Below are positions 36,279 through 44,912 of a stretch of 64,000 nt of DNA, piece after piece. The DNA is taken from assembly GCA_018969685.1 (NCBI GenBank), contig JAGWXX010000001.1, positions 3,223 to 67,222 on the forward strand. Direction: 5' to 3'. Source of the DNA: Acidobacteriota bacterium (GTDB taxonomy: Bacteria; Actinomycetota; Acidimicrobiia; Acidimicrobiales; Ilumatobacteraceae). The notes below the pieces were generated by a model. That model worked only from the letters and a program-made list of their open reading frames with translations, did not search any database and was not told the DNA's origin. Within the stretch, counting starts at the first letter, position 1, and each line of letters begins with the position of its first letter. A program made the position numbers and the translations under genes.

Positions 36279-36866
36279 GTGCTGGTGTGGATGGACCTCG
36301 AGATGACGGGGCTCGATCCCGACCGCGACGTCATCGTCGAGATCGCCACCGTCGTCACCGACGACGAATTGCAGGTCGTTGCCGAGGGCCCGGACCTGAT
36401 CATCCACCAGCCCGACGACGTGCTCGCCCGCATGTCCGAGGTGGTGCGTGCGATGCACGAGAAGTCGGGCCTCCTGCCGGCGATCCGCGCGTCGGCCACG
36501 ACGCTGGCGGAGGCCGGGGCCGCCACCCTCGACTTCATCCGCGCGCACGTTCCCAACGCCCGCAGCGTGCCGCTGTGCGGCAACTCCATCGGCACCGACC
36601 GCCGCTTCCTCGCACGCCACCTCCCCGCAATCGAGGACTACCTGCACTACCGCAGCGTCGACGTCTCGACCATCAAGGAGCTCGTGCGCCGCTGGTATCC
36701 GTCGGTCGACCGTCCGCGCAAGACCGGCACCCACCGCGCACTCGACGACGTTCGCGCCAGCATCGACGAGCTGCGCTTCTACCGCGGCGCGGTGTTCGCG
36801 TCAGCGGACGGCCACGCGGCGCCCGCGCCACTCGACGCTGCCACCGAGGGCGCGCAGCGCGACTGA
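36279..36866 (+). CDS. orn: Oligoribonuclease
   Basis: [45 protein letters not shown] DEDDh motifs. The ORF opens at TTG 36270, but GTG 36279 fits the leaderless promoter. Confidence 0.9.
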   Translation: MLVWMDLEMTGLDPDRDVIVEIATVVTDDELQVVAEGPDLIIHQPDDVLARMSEVVRAMHEKSGLLPAIRASATTLAEAGAATLDFIRAHVPNARSVPLCGNSIGTDRRFLARHLPAIEDYLHYRSVDVSTIKELVRRWYPSVDRPRKTGTHRALDDVRASIDELRFYRGAVFASADGHAAPAPLDAATEGAQRD

Positions 36867-37838
36867 GCGCGCCACCATCGCGGTGAAGAACGCGAGGTGC
36901 AGCGGGTACAGGGCCGCACCGACCGGCCCGTAGCGGCCCGCGCGGCGCGACAGCGCCAGCACCTGCACGGCGCTGGGCACCCACAGCCACGGCGACACGA
37001 ACAGACCCCCGCCCAGCGACGCGCACCACGCCACCGCGAGCACCGTCACCAGCGGGTCGGTGCGCCCGAGCCCCGCGCCGATGCTGCGCGTGAAGCCGCG
37101 CACCACGCCGGCCACGCCGTCGGGGTACATGCGGTAGCGGGCCGCCGACGGCATGGCCACGTGCGACGCCACGTCCCCGAAGGTGCGGCCGAGCGCGAGG
37201 TCCTCCACCAGCGCACCGCGCACGGACGGATGGCCGTGCCCGCCGAGCGCCAGGTACCGGGCGCGCGAGCACGCAAGCACCGGCCCGAATGCCAGCGGCT
37301 GGCGCCGGCCGAAGGGGCGCGCCGCCATGATGGCGAGCAGGTTGAACAGCATCGACGCGTGCTCGCCCGGCCGTTCGACGGCGTGCCACGGCTGGACGCT
37401 CGTCAGCCGGTCCGGGTGGCTGCGCACCATCGCCGCCAGCGCATCGAGCGCGCCTGGTGCGAGGCGGACGTCGGCATCCACCATCACCACCGTGCCGTGG
37501 CTCGCCGCCTCGACGCCGCGCTGGCAGGCCCACGGCTTGCCCAACCAGCCGTCCGGCCTGGGTCCCGCCTGCAGCACCGTCGCCCCCGCACCACGCGCGA
37601 GGAGTGCCGTGGCGTCGGTCGACTCGTCGTCGACGACGATCACCTCGTCACCCGCGCGCGCGTGCAGCGACGCGACGCACGCAGCGACGTTGCCCTCCTC
37701 GTTGCGCGCCGGCACCACCACGCTCACGGGCGCGCGATCCGCGTCCGCCGCGGCGGCGAAACGCGGCAGGCGCCGCGCCAGCCACCAGCCGACGGCGTGT
37801 CCGACCAGCCAGATCAGCGCGCCGGTGCGACCTTCCAT
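36801..37838 (-). CDS. Membrane-bound family-2 glycosyltransferase (CrtQ-like architecture)
   Basis: ATG 37838. N-terminal TM, VSVVVPARNEE, VVDDESTD, VDADV motifs and C-terminal TM helices. The 3' end overlaps orn by 66 nt. Confidence 0.65.
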   Translation of the reverse strand: MEGRTGALIWLVGHAVGWWLARRLPRFAAAADADRAPVSVVVPARNEEGNVAACVASLHARAGDEVIVVDDESTDATALLARGAGATVLQAGPRPDGWLGKPWACQRGVEAASHGTVVMVDADVRLAPGALDALAAMVRSHPDRLTSVQPWHAVERPGEHASMLFNLLAIMAARPFGRRQPLAFGPVLACSRARYLALGGHGHPSVRGALVEDLALGRTFGDVASHVAMPSAARYRMYPDGVAGVVRGFTRSIGAGLGRTDPLVTVLAVAWCASLGGGLFVSPWLWVPSAVQVLALSRRAGRYGPVGAALYPLHLAFFTAMVARSVALRALGGSVEWRGRRVAVR

Positions 37839-37881
37839 CGGTTCGTCATCGTAGGTGCGGCCGCCGCAGCGGACGATGGGG

Positions 37882-38652
37882 TCAGTGCGCGGAGGCCGGG
37901 GGCGGCTCGCGCCACGGGGCGATCTCGATCGCCGACGCCATCGTCCCGCCCTCCACCATGTGCCGCAGCACCGTGCGGTCCTCCTCCACGAGCCGCGCGA
38001 TGCGCACCTCCTGGCCCGGCGCGATCGCCGCATGGTGCTCGACGGTGGCGCGCAGCGGCAGCGCCGGCCCGCCTGTCGCAGCGAGCTCCTCCACCACGGC
38101 CTCCCAGTACACGGCGTTGTTCATGTGGCCCACCGCATCGATGTCCGTGGCCCGCACCTGCATCGCGGGCAGCGCGTCCCAGTCGACGGACGGCAGCCCC
38201 TTGCCCACCCGCAGCGTCGCGCGGACGCGGCGCCCGCCGCTCGCCTCCTCCACCAGCGGGACGAAGTCGTCGGGCAGGGGCAGCAACCGCATCGTGGCGA
38301 GGTCGACGTGCACCCACAGCGCGGCGGCCTCGATGCGCCGACCGCCCGCCGACGCAATGGTCGTGCGGCGCTCCGCCCAGTGCGAGCCGTAGCCGCCGCA
38401 CCACGTGCGGATCGCGACGTCCTCCATGTAGCGGGGGAGCCCGGTCACCCACATCTCGGTCCGTCGCACGACCCAGCCGTGCGCGTCCGAGTACCGGCCG
38501 TCGACCGCGTCGTCGTTCGCGACGTCCTGCAGGTAGCGCGCCGCCGCGTCGAGCCGCAGTCGTGCGCCGGCATCGACGTCGCCGAGCCTCACCCGTCGCG
38601 ACGTCGCGTAGATCCGTCCCCGCCCGGGCTCGGGGACGGGCCCGTCGGTCAC
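37882..38652 (-). CDS. Acyl-ACP thioesterase-family protein (double hot-dog)
   Basis: RVRLGDVDAGARLRLDAAARYLQDVA and ATDIDAVGHMNNAVYWE motifs. Start GTG 38652 (TAGCGT hexamer 8 nt upstream) or GTG 38676. Confidence 0.65.
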   Translation of the reverse strand: MTDGPVPEPGRGRIYATSRRVRLGDVDAGARLRLDAAARYLQDVANDDAVDGRYSDAHGWVVRRTEMWVTGLPRYMEDVAIRTWCGGYGSHWAERRTTIASAGGRRIEAAALWVHVDLATMRLLPLPDDFVPLVEEASGGRRVRATLRVGKGLPSVDWDALPAMQVRATDIDAVGHMNNAVYWEAVVEELAATGGPALPLRATVEHHAAIAPGQEVRIARLVEEDRTVLRHMVEGGTMASAIEIAPWREPPPASAH

Positions 38653-38694
38653 GGCAACCGACGCTAGCGACCGCACCCGTCGGACGGTGCTCGG

Positions 38695-38700
38695 TAGTCT
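38695..38700 (+). promoter_or_regulatory. Candidate -10 hexamer TAGTCT for leaderless tlpA-ccdA
   Basis: TANNNT 6 nt upstream of ATG 38707. No SD. Confidence 0.35.
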
Positions 38701-38706
38701 CGCCGC

Positions 38707-39231
38707 ATGCGGCGCGTGCTCTCCGTCGGCTGCGCGTTCCTCGCCGCAGTCGCACTTGCCGGTTGCGGCGGCTCGTCCCCCGAAGGTGCCGCGTCGATCG
38801 CGACCAACGCCGTCGTCTCGGGGGAGCCCCTCGCGGTGGTCGAGCTGCTCGACCTCGGGGACGAGCTCCGTTCGACGGCGGAGTTCACCGGTCGTCCCCT
38901 GGTCGTCAACTTCTGGTACGCCTCGTGCGAGCCGTGCAGGCGCGAGATGCCGCTGCTGGCGGAGTTCTTCGACGAGCGCGGGGACGAGGTCGCGGTGCTG
39001 GGCGTCAACATGGGCGATCCCCGGACCGTCGCAGCCAACTTCGCCGAGAACCACCGCGTCGGGTTTCCGGTGCTGCTCGACGACGAGGGCGTGCTGTCGT
39101 CGGCGATGAAGATCGGGCTCGCGCCGACGACCCTCTTCGTGTCGGCCGACGGCACCGTGGTCGAGCAGGTGGCGGGCGAGCTGACGCGCGACGAGCTCGA
39201 CGACGCCGTCGCGCGGATCAAGGGTCCGTGA
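38707..39231 (+). CDS. Thioredoxin-fold thiol:disulfide oxidoreductase lipoprotein (TlpA/ResA-like)
   Basis: Lipobox LAGC, active site WYASCEPC, redoxin fold. Confidence 0.8.
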   Translation: MRRVLSVGCAFLAAVALAGCGGSSPEGAASIATNAVVSGEPLAVVELLDLGDELRSTAEFTGRPLVVNFWYASCEPCRREMPLLAEFFDERGDEVAVLGVNMGDPRTVAANFAENHRVGFPVLLDDEGVLSSAMKIGLAPTTLFVSADGTVVEQVAGELTRDELDDAVARIKGP

Positions 39232-40070
39232 TGCAGGGCGACTTCGCCTATTCGTTCATGGTCGGCGTGCTCGCAGCGGTGAACCCGTGCGGCTTCGTGC
39301 TCCTGCCCACGTGGCTGCTCTACTTCCTCGGCATCGAGGGCGACGTGCGCAGGGCTCCCGTGTCGCGCGCCCTCGCGGTGAGCGCGGCGATGTCGGCGGG
39401 CCTCGTCGGCGTGTTCCTCGTCGTCGGCCTCGTCACGCGCCTGTTCACCCAGTCCATCGCCGCCCACGCGCAGTGGCTGGGCTTCGCGGTGGGCGTCGCC
39501 CTGGTCGTCGCCGGTGCGGCGATGCTCGCCGGCTGGAAGCCCTCCCTCGCCGTGCCCGGTCTCTCGCCCCGTCGCGACCGGTCCCTCCTCGGCGTCGCCG
39601 CATTCGGCGCCGCATACGCGGTTGCATCCATCGGCTGCACGATCGGCCTGCTCACCAGCGCGGTGATGGGCGGCGTGACGCGCCACGGCTTCCTGCCCGG
39701 CGTCATCGGCGTGGTGCTCTACGGCCTCGGGATGTCCCTGCTCGTCACGGCGCTGACCGTCGCGCTCGCCCTCGCCCGGCAGGGCATGGTGCGCGTGCTG
39801 CGTGCGTGGATGCGCCACGCCAACCGGCTCGCCGGCGTCGCGCTGGTGGCGTCGGGGCTGTATCTCTGCCGGTACTGGTACGGCAGCATCGATCCGTCCG
39901 CCACCACGGGCGGCGGAGCCGTGTCGTCGTGGCAGTCGTCGCTTGCGGGTTTCCTGCAGTCGCAGGGTGCGTGGCGCCTCGCGGCCGCCTTCGGGCTCGT
40001 CATCGGCCTGCCGGTGGCGTGGTCGCTCCTGCGCTCGCGTGCGGGTGCCGCTGCTGCGCCGGAGGCGTGA
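39231..40070 (+). CDS. ccdA: Cytochrome c biogenesis thiol-reductant transporter CcdA (DsbD core)
   Basis: ATG 39231 (TGATG junction). AAVNPCGFVLLP and ASIGCTIGLL, the two conserved membrane Cys motifs. Confidence 0.85.
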   Translation: MQGDFAYSFMVGVLAAVNPCGFVLLPTWLLYFLGIEGDVRRAPVSRALAVSAAMSAGLVGVFLVVGLVTRLFTQSIAAHAQWLGFAVGVALVVAGAAMLAGWKPSLAVPGLSPRRDRSLLGVAAFGAAYAVASIGCTIGLLTSAVMGGVTRHGFLPGVIGVVLYGLGMSLLVTALTVALALARQGMVRVLRAWMRHANRLAGVALVASGLYLCRYWYGSIDPSATTGGGAVSSWQSSLAGFLQSQGAWRLAAAFGLVIGLPVAWSLLRSRAGAAAAPEA

Positions 40071-40080
40071 CCGCCGGTCG

Positions 40081-40716
40081 TCAGGGGGCGAGTCGCGCGA
40101 CCGACCAGCCTGCGGCGGTGCGCTCGTAGCGGAACCGGTCGTGCAGGCGGTTGGGGCGTCCCTGCCAGAACTCGAACGACTCGGGCCGTACCAGCCATCC
40201 TCCCCACCAGTCGGGGCGGGGTACGTCGCGTCCGGCGAACCTTGCCGCCGCCTCCGCGGCCAGGCGCTCGAGATCGTCCCGCGACGCGATGACCGACGAC
40301 TGCGGGGACGCCCAGGCGCCCTCCTGCGACCCGCGCGGACGCGACGCGAAGTAGGCGTCGCTCTCCGCGTCGGGCATCACCGACGCCGTGCCCCGGATGC
40401 GCACCTGGCGGTGCAGGTCCAGCCACGCGAAGACCAGCGACACCCTGCCGTGACCGGCCAGCTGTGCGCCCTTCGTGCTGTCGCGGTTGCTGTAGAACGC
40501 CACGCCGCGCTCGTCGAAGCCGCGCGCGAGCACGACCCGCGAGTCGGGGCCTCCGTCCGCACCGATGGTGGACAGCGTCATCGCATTCGGCTCGGTGACA
40601 CCCGCGCCCTCGGCCTCGTCGTACCAGCGTCGCCACTGGCGGACCGGGTCGGCGTCGAGGTCCGACCGACGGAGGCCGGCCGACTCGTACTGCACGCGGC
40701 GGTCGCGCAGGGACAC
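40081..40716 (-). CDS. pdxH: Pyridoxamine 5'-phosphate oxidase
   Basis: GTG 40716. EPNAMTLSTIG, RVVLARGFD, FYSNRDSTKG, FEFWQGRPNRLHDRFRY motifs. Confidence 0.9.
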   Translation of the reverse strand: MSLRDRRVQYESAGLRRSDLDADPVRQWRRWYDEAEGAGVTEPNAMTLSTIGADGGPDSRVVLARGFDERGVAFYSNRDSTKGAQLAGHGRVSLVFAWLDLHRQVRIRGTASVMPDAESDAYFASRPRGSQEGAWASPQSSVIASRDDLERLAAEAAARFAGRDVPRPDWWGGWLVRPESFEFWQGRPNRLHDRFRYERTAAGWSVARLAP

Positions 40717-40721
40717 CCCGG

Positions 40722-42014
40722 CTACCTCGGACGGATGACGGTCGTGCCGCGCATGTAGCGGTGCAGCACCTCGGGCACGGCCACGCTGCCGTCGGGCTGC
40801 CGGAAGTTCTCGACGATGGCCGCCCACACGCGCGGCACCGCCAGCGCCGAGGCGTTGAGCGTGTGGGCCACCTCGGTGCCCTTCTGGCCCGCGCGACGGA
40901 ACCGGATCTCCGCGCGCCGTGCCTGGTAGTCCCCGAACCAGCTCACCGAGCTGACCTCGAGCCACGCGTCGCAGCCGGGTGCGTACACCTCGACGTCGAA
41001 GCTCCTGTGGTGGCTCTGCCCCATGTCGCCCGTGCACACCTCGATGGTGCGGTGCGGCAGCCCCAGCCCGTCGATGGCGCGCACCACGCGGTCGCGCAGC
41101 TCCTCCAGCATCCCCAGCGCCTGCTCGGGGGTCGTCACCGCGAGGATCTCGACCTTGTCGAACTCGTGCGCGCGCAGCATGCCGCGCGTGTCGCGGCCGG
41201 CCGATCCGGCCTCGCGGCGGTAGCACGACGTGTGCGCCATGTAGCGCGCGGGCAGCTCCTCTGCGTCGAGGATCTCCCCCGCGTGGATCGAGGTCAGCGA
41301 CGACTCGGCGGTCGGGATGCACCACAGTCCGTCCCGCTCGATGGCGTAGGCGTCCTCGGCGAACTTCGGGAGCTGCCCCGTTGCGGTCAGCGTCGCCGTG
41401 GTGACGAGCGACGGGGGGCGGATCTCCTCGAAGGCGTCGGCGTTCGCGTCCAGTGCGTACTGGCACAGGGCTCGGGCGAGCGTCGCGCCGGCACCGCGCT
41501 GCATCGTGAACATCGCGCCGCTGATCTTCACCGCGCGCTCGTTGTCGAGGATGCCGAGCGCGGTGGCGGTCTCCCAGTGCGGCACGCGCTGGTGCTCGGC
41601 GAACTCCGCCGGCATGCGGTGCGGCCCGGAGACGACGGGGTTGTCGACGTCGCTCGTGCCGACCACCGCGTCCTCGTGCGGCACGTTGGGCAGGGAGAGC
41701 AGGACGTCGCGCAGCGCGGTGCTCACCTCGTCGTGCTCCGACTCGAGGGCCTTCTCAGCCTCGCCCAGGTTCCTGCTCTCCGCCATGGCGGCGTCGGCGG
41801 CAGGTGCGTCGCCCGCCCGGCGCAGCGCCGCCACCTGCTTGCTGAGGTCGTTGATCCGCGCGCGGGCCTCGTCGCGTTCCTTGACGATGTCGCGCAGGCG
41901 CAGGTCCAGCCTCGCGCACCTCTCCAGCTCCTCGAGCAGCGCCGGCTTGCGACGTCGCTCCATCAACGAACGGACCCGCTCGGGATCGGTGCGGAGCATG
42001 CGGACGTCGATCAC
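40722..42014 (-). CDS. serS: Seryl-tRNA synthetase
   Basis: GTG 42014 (MIDVRMLRTDPE). N-terminal coiled coil and class II motifs (CYRREAGS, GSALAVPR-like NASALAVPRVW). Confidence 0.95.
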   Translation of the reverse strand: MIDVRMLRTDPERVRSLMERRRKPALLEELERCARLDLRLRDIVKERDEARARINDLSKQVAALRRAGDAPAADAAMAESRNLGEAEKALESEHDEVSTALRDVLLSLPNVPHEDAVVGTSDVDNPVVSGPHRMPAEFAEHQRVPHWETATALGILDNERAVKISGAMFTMQRGAGATLARALCQYALDANADAFEEIRPPSLVTTATLTATGQLPKFAEDAYAIERDGLWCIPTAESSLTSIHAGEILDAEELPARYMAHTSCYRREAGSAGRDTRGMLRAHEFDKVEILAVTTPEQALGMLEELRDRVVRAIDGLGLPHRTIEVCTGDMGQSHHRSFDVEVYAPGCDAWLEVSSVSWFGDYQARRAEIRFRRAGQKGTEVAHTLNASALAVPRVWAAIVENFRQPDGSVAVPEVLHRYMRGTTVIRPR

Positions 42015-42041
42015 CGACGGTTGAGGCTAGCGGTGCACGCC

Positions 42042-42047
42042 TACGCT
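42042..42047 (+). promoter_or_regulatory. Candidate -10 hexamer TACGCT for a leaderless ABC transporter operon
   Basis: TANNNT 6 nt upstream of GTG 42054, with TTGAGG 15 nt further upstream. The whole serS/ABC divergent gap is only 39 nt. Confidence 0.3.
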
Positions 42048-42053
42048 GGTCCC

Positions 42054-42959
42054 GTGGCCGACGATCCGCTCGACCTCGTCGTCTCCTCGGTCCGCATCAG
42101 GTACGGCACGACGGTCGCGGTGCACGACGCCAGCTTCCGTGCCCGGCGCGGAGAGGTCACGGCCGTGGTGGGGCCGAACGGCGCCGGCAAGACCTCCACG
42201 ATCGAGGCCTGCGAGGGGTTTCACTCCGTCGACGCGGGCGCCATCTCGGTGCTCGGCCTCGATCCGCGCCGGGACCGCGCGCGGTTGGCGCCGCGGACCG
42301 GCGTCATGCTGCAGCAGGGCGGCATCTACCCCACGGCGCGCGTCGGCGAGACGGTCCGGTTGTTCTGCGCGCTGCACGGTTCGGTCGTCGATCCGGACGA
42401 CCTGCTGGGACGGTTGGGGCTCGCCGCCCTCGCGTCGCGGCCGTGGCGGAGGCTCAGCGGCGGCGAGCAGCAGCGGTTGTCGCTCGCCCTTGCCCTCGCC
42501 GCCCGACCCGACGTCGCGTTCCTCGACGAGCCCACCAACGCGCTCGACCTCGACGCGCGGGCGGTCGTCCGCACCGTCGTGCGCGAGCTCGCCTCGTCGG
42601 GGGCAATCGTCGTCGTCGCCACCCACGAGCTCGCCGAGGCCGAGCGGTTCGCCGACTCCGTCGTCGTCTTCGACGGGGGCCGGACGATCGGACAGTTCGG
42701 GATGGAGGACGTCAGGCGCGGTGACGGCGTCCGGGTGCGGCTCGACCGGCCGGTCGACCGGGCACGACTCGTCCACGTCGTCGGCGACGTCGTCGACGAG
42801 GGCGACGGTTGGTGGCGCGTCCCTGCACGGTCCGACGTCGGTCCGGTGGTCGCGGCGCTCCAGCCGCTCGCGGCGGCGGGCGAAGCGGCGATCCTCGACG
42901 TCACCGGCTCGACGGGTGGACTCGAGTCGTACGTGCAACGGGTGCTCGGGCGGGGTTGA
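42054..42959 (+). CDS. ABC transporter ATP-binding protein
   Basis: Walker A GPNGAGKTS, signature LSGGEQQRL, Walker B AFLDEP. Confidence 0.85.
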   Translation: MADDPLDLVVSSVRIRYGTTVAVHDASFRARRGEVTAVVGPNGAGKTSTIEACEGFHSVDAGAISVLGLDPRRDRARLAPRTGVMLQQGGIYPTARVGETVRLFCALHGSVVDPDDLLGRLGLAALASRPWRRLSGGEQQRLSLALALAARPDVAFLDEPTNALDLDARAVVRTVVRELASSGAIVVVATHELAEAERFADSVVVFDGGRTIGQFGMEDVRRGDGVRVRLDRPVDRARLVHVVGDVVDEGDGWWRVPARSDVGPVVAALQPLAAAGEAAILDVTGSTGGLESYVQRVLGRG

Positions 42960-42961
42960 GC

Positions 42962-43678
42962 GTGCTGTCGTCGTACGTGCGCTTCGAGCTGCGCCTGCTG
43001 CTCCGCAATCCGGAGCAGTTGCTGCTCGTGCTCGCCATCCCGGCCGGCCTGCTGGTGTTCTTCGGCACGGTCGACGTGCTGCCCGACCCGACGTCGCTGC
43101 CGTTCCTGGTGCCGGGAGTCCTCTCGCTCGCGGTCCTCTCCAGCACGATGACGGGACTCGGCATCGCCACGGGTTTCCAGCGCTCGTCGCTCGCGCTCAA
43201 GCGGCTCGGCGCGACGCCGCTGGGCGCCCGACGGCTCGTGCTCGGCAAGTCGATCGCGACGGGCACCGTCGTGGCGCTGCAGCTCGCGGTGCTGGGCGCG
43301 ATCGGCGTCGCCCTGGGCTGGCGCCCGGCGGCATCCGGCGTTCCGATCGCCCTCCTCGCAGCCGCACTCGGCGGCCTCGCGTGCGCCGGCATCGGCATCG
43401 GCATCGCCGGGCGCCTCCGTGCGGAGGTGACGCTCGCCGCCCTCAACGCGCTGTACCTGGTCATGCTCCTTGCCAGCGGGTTCGTGCTCGACACCGTCCA
43501 CTTGCCGCGCCTCGTCGCCGCAGCCATCGAGTTCAGCCCCGCCACGGCCATGACGTCCGCCCTCCGTGGCGCCCTCGCCGGCTCCGGGGTGGATGCAGGG
43601 GACTGGGCCGTCCTCGCGACCTGGGCCGTCGCCGCCCCCCTCCTCGCCGCGCGCAGCTTTCGGTGGGACGCGGACTAA
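42962..43678 (+). CDS. ABC-2-type transporter permease
   Basis: Six hydrophobic segments directly after the ATPase. Start GTG 42962 or TTG 42956 (TTGA overlap). Confidence 0.7.
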   Translation: MLSSYVRFELRLLLRNPEQLLLVLAIPAGLLVFFGTVDVLPDPTSLPFLVPGVLSLAVLSSTMTGLGIATGFQRSSLALKRLGATPLGARRLVLGKSIATGTVVALQLAVLGAIGVALGWRPAASGVPIALLAAALGGLACAGIGIGIAGRLRAEVTLAALNALYLVMLLASGFVLDTVHLPRLVAAAIEFSPATAMTSALRGALAGSGVDAGDWAVLATWAVAAPLLAARSFRWDAD

Positions 43679-43697
43679 TCCGCGCCGCCCGGGCGAC

Positions 43698-44597
43698 CTA
43701 GCGCTTCGGCTCCGCAGCGGGCTGCGTGCGGCCGAACTCCGCCTGCACGTGCTCGAACGTCAACGTGTCGTCGTCGGTGCGCCGGAGCGCCTGCTCCGTG
43801 CCGAACCTCCGCGAGAAGTTCCGGATGAACAGCGCCACCACGATCGTCCAGAGGAAGATGCTGCCGCCCGTCTTCATGATCGCGCCCGCGACCTGCTGGT
43901 CGACGGTGGCCGAGATCCCCCACACGCGAACGGGGATGTCGTAGTGCCGGTAGACGACGCCCTCGGCGAACGTCAGCCACGCCGCAGGGACCGTCGGCAC
44001 CACCGACATGAGGAAGAGATAGATCATCTTCGGTGCCGGACCGATCTGCCACGAGCGGTCGGGGCCGACCATCGGCACCCACATGGCGAGTCCGGTCGCC
44101 ACCACGAGCACGTGCAGCCCGTAGTGCAGCGGGCCGTTGGAGACGCTCCGGTTCACCAGTGCGGGAATGTGGGTGATCATGATCACGCCGTTGAACAGGA
44201 CCCCCGCGACCACGGGCCGGCAGAGGAAGCGCACCACGGTCCGCACCCTCCCCGTGCCGACGATCGCGTCGAAGAGCCATGCGGGCGTCGCAAGCCATAC
44301 CAACGGGGGGACGAAGTACGACAGCACCATGTGCTGGAACATGTGCACCGAGTAGAGGTACTCCTCGGCGATGTCGTGCACCGGCCAGTCGCTGGCGAGC
44401 CAGAGCATCCCGATGGCCGCGGCGAACGCGGCGATCTGCCGGCCAGTCACCAGCGGCCGGTCGGTGGTCGAACGCGGACCGATCACTCGGATCGCGTAGA
44501 CGTAGCTGCCGGCGAGGAAGGCCATCAGCAGCCACACCTCGGGGTGCGCCTGGAAGCGCCAGGGACTCAGGTCCAGCGTCGCCGCCTCAGCGAGCAC
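43698..44597 (-). CDS. ctaG: Cytochrome c oxidase assembly factor CtaG (caa3/Bacillus type)
   Basis: Polytopic membrane protein with SVHMFQHMVLSYFVPPLV motif. Last gene of the cta operon. Confidence 0.8.
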   Translation of the reverse strand: MLAEAATLDLSPWRFQAHPEVWLLMAFLAGSYVYAIRVIGPRSTTDRPLVTGRQIAAFAAAIGMLWLASDWPVHDIAEEYLYSVHMFQHMVLSYFVPPLVWLATPAWLFDAIVGTGRVRTVVRFLCRPVVAGVLFNGVIMITHIPALVNRSVSNGPLHYGLHVLVVATGLAMWVPMVGPDRSWQIGPAPKMIYLFLMSVVPTVPAAWLTFAEGVVYRHYDIPVRVWGISATVDQQVAGAIMKTGGSIFLWTIVVALFIRNFSRRFGTEQALRRTDDDTLTFEHVQAEFGRTQPAAEPKR

Positions 44598-44607
44598 GGC
44601 CGGTCCG

Positions 44608-44907
44608 TCAGGCGATGAAGAACTTGAAGGTGGACAGCGCCGCGGCGTACACGAAGATCGCGAGGAAGAGTCCGGCGTAGAACATCACGCTGAAGACCCG
44701 CTTGTCGAACTTCAGGTGCATGAAGTAGCTGACGACCATCGTGAACTTCACCACCATCATCACCATCAGCGCGGGCATGAACAGGGGCCCGAAGTCGACG
44801 TAGTACGTGGACACCTCCAGCGCCGTGATGGCCGCGAGGATCAGCGCGATCCGCACATATCCGGCGTTGGACATTCCGTGCTCTTCGTGTGCGTGCTGTT
44901 CGGTCAT
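44608..44907 (-). CDS. ctaF: Cytochrome c oxidase subunit IV (small, Bacillus CtaF-like)
   Basis: ATG 44907. 99 aa, three hydrophobic helices (YVRIALILAAITALEV..., VVKFTMVVSYFMHL). Sits immediately after ctaE. Confidence 0.7.
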   Translation of the reverse strand: MTEQHAHEEHGMSNAGYVRIALILAAITALEVSTYYVDFGPLFMPALMVMMVVKFTMVVSYFMHLKFDKRVFSVMFYAGLFLAIFVYAAALSTFKFFIA

Positions 44908-44912
44908 GGGGG

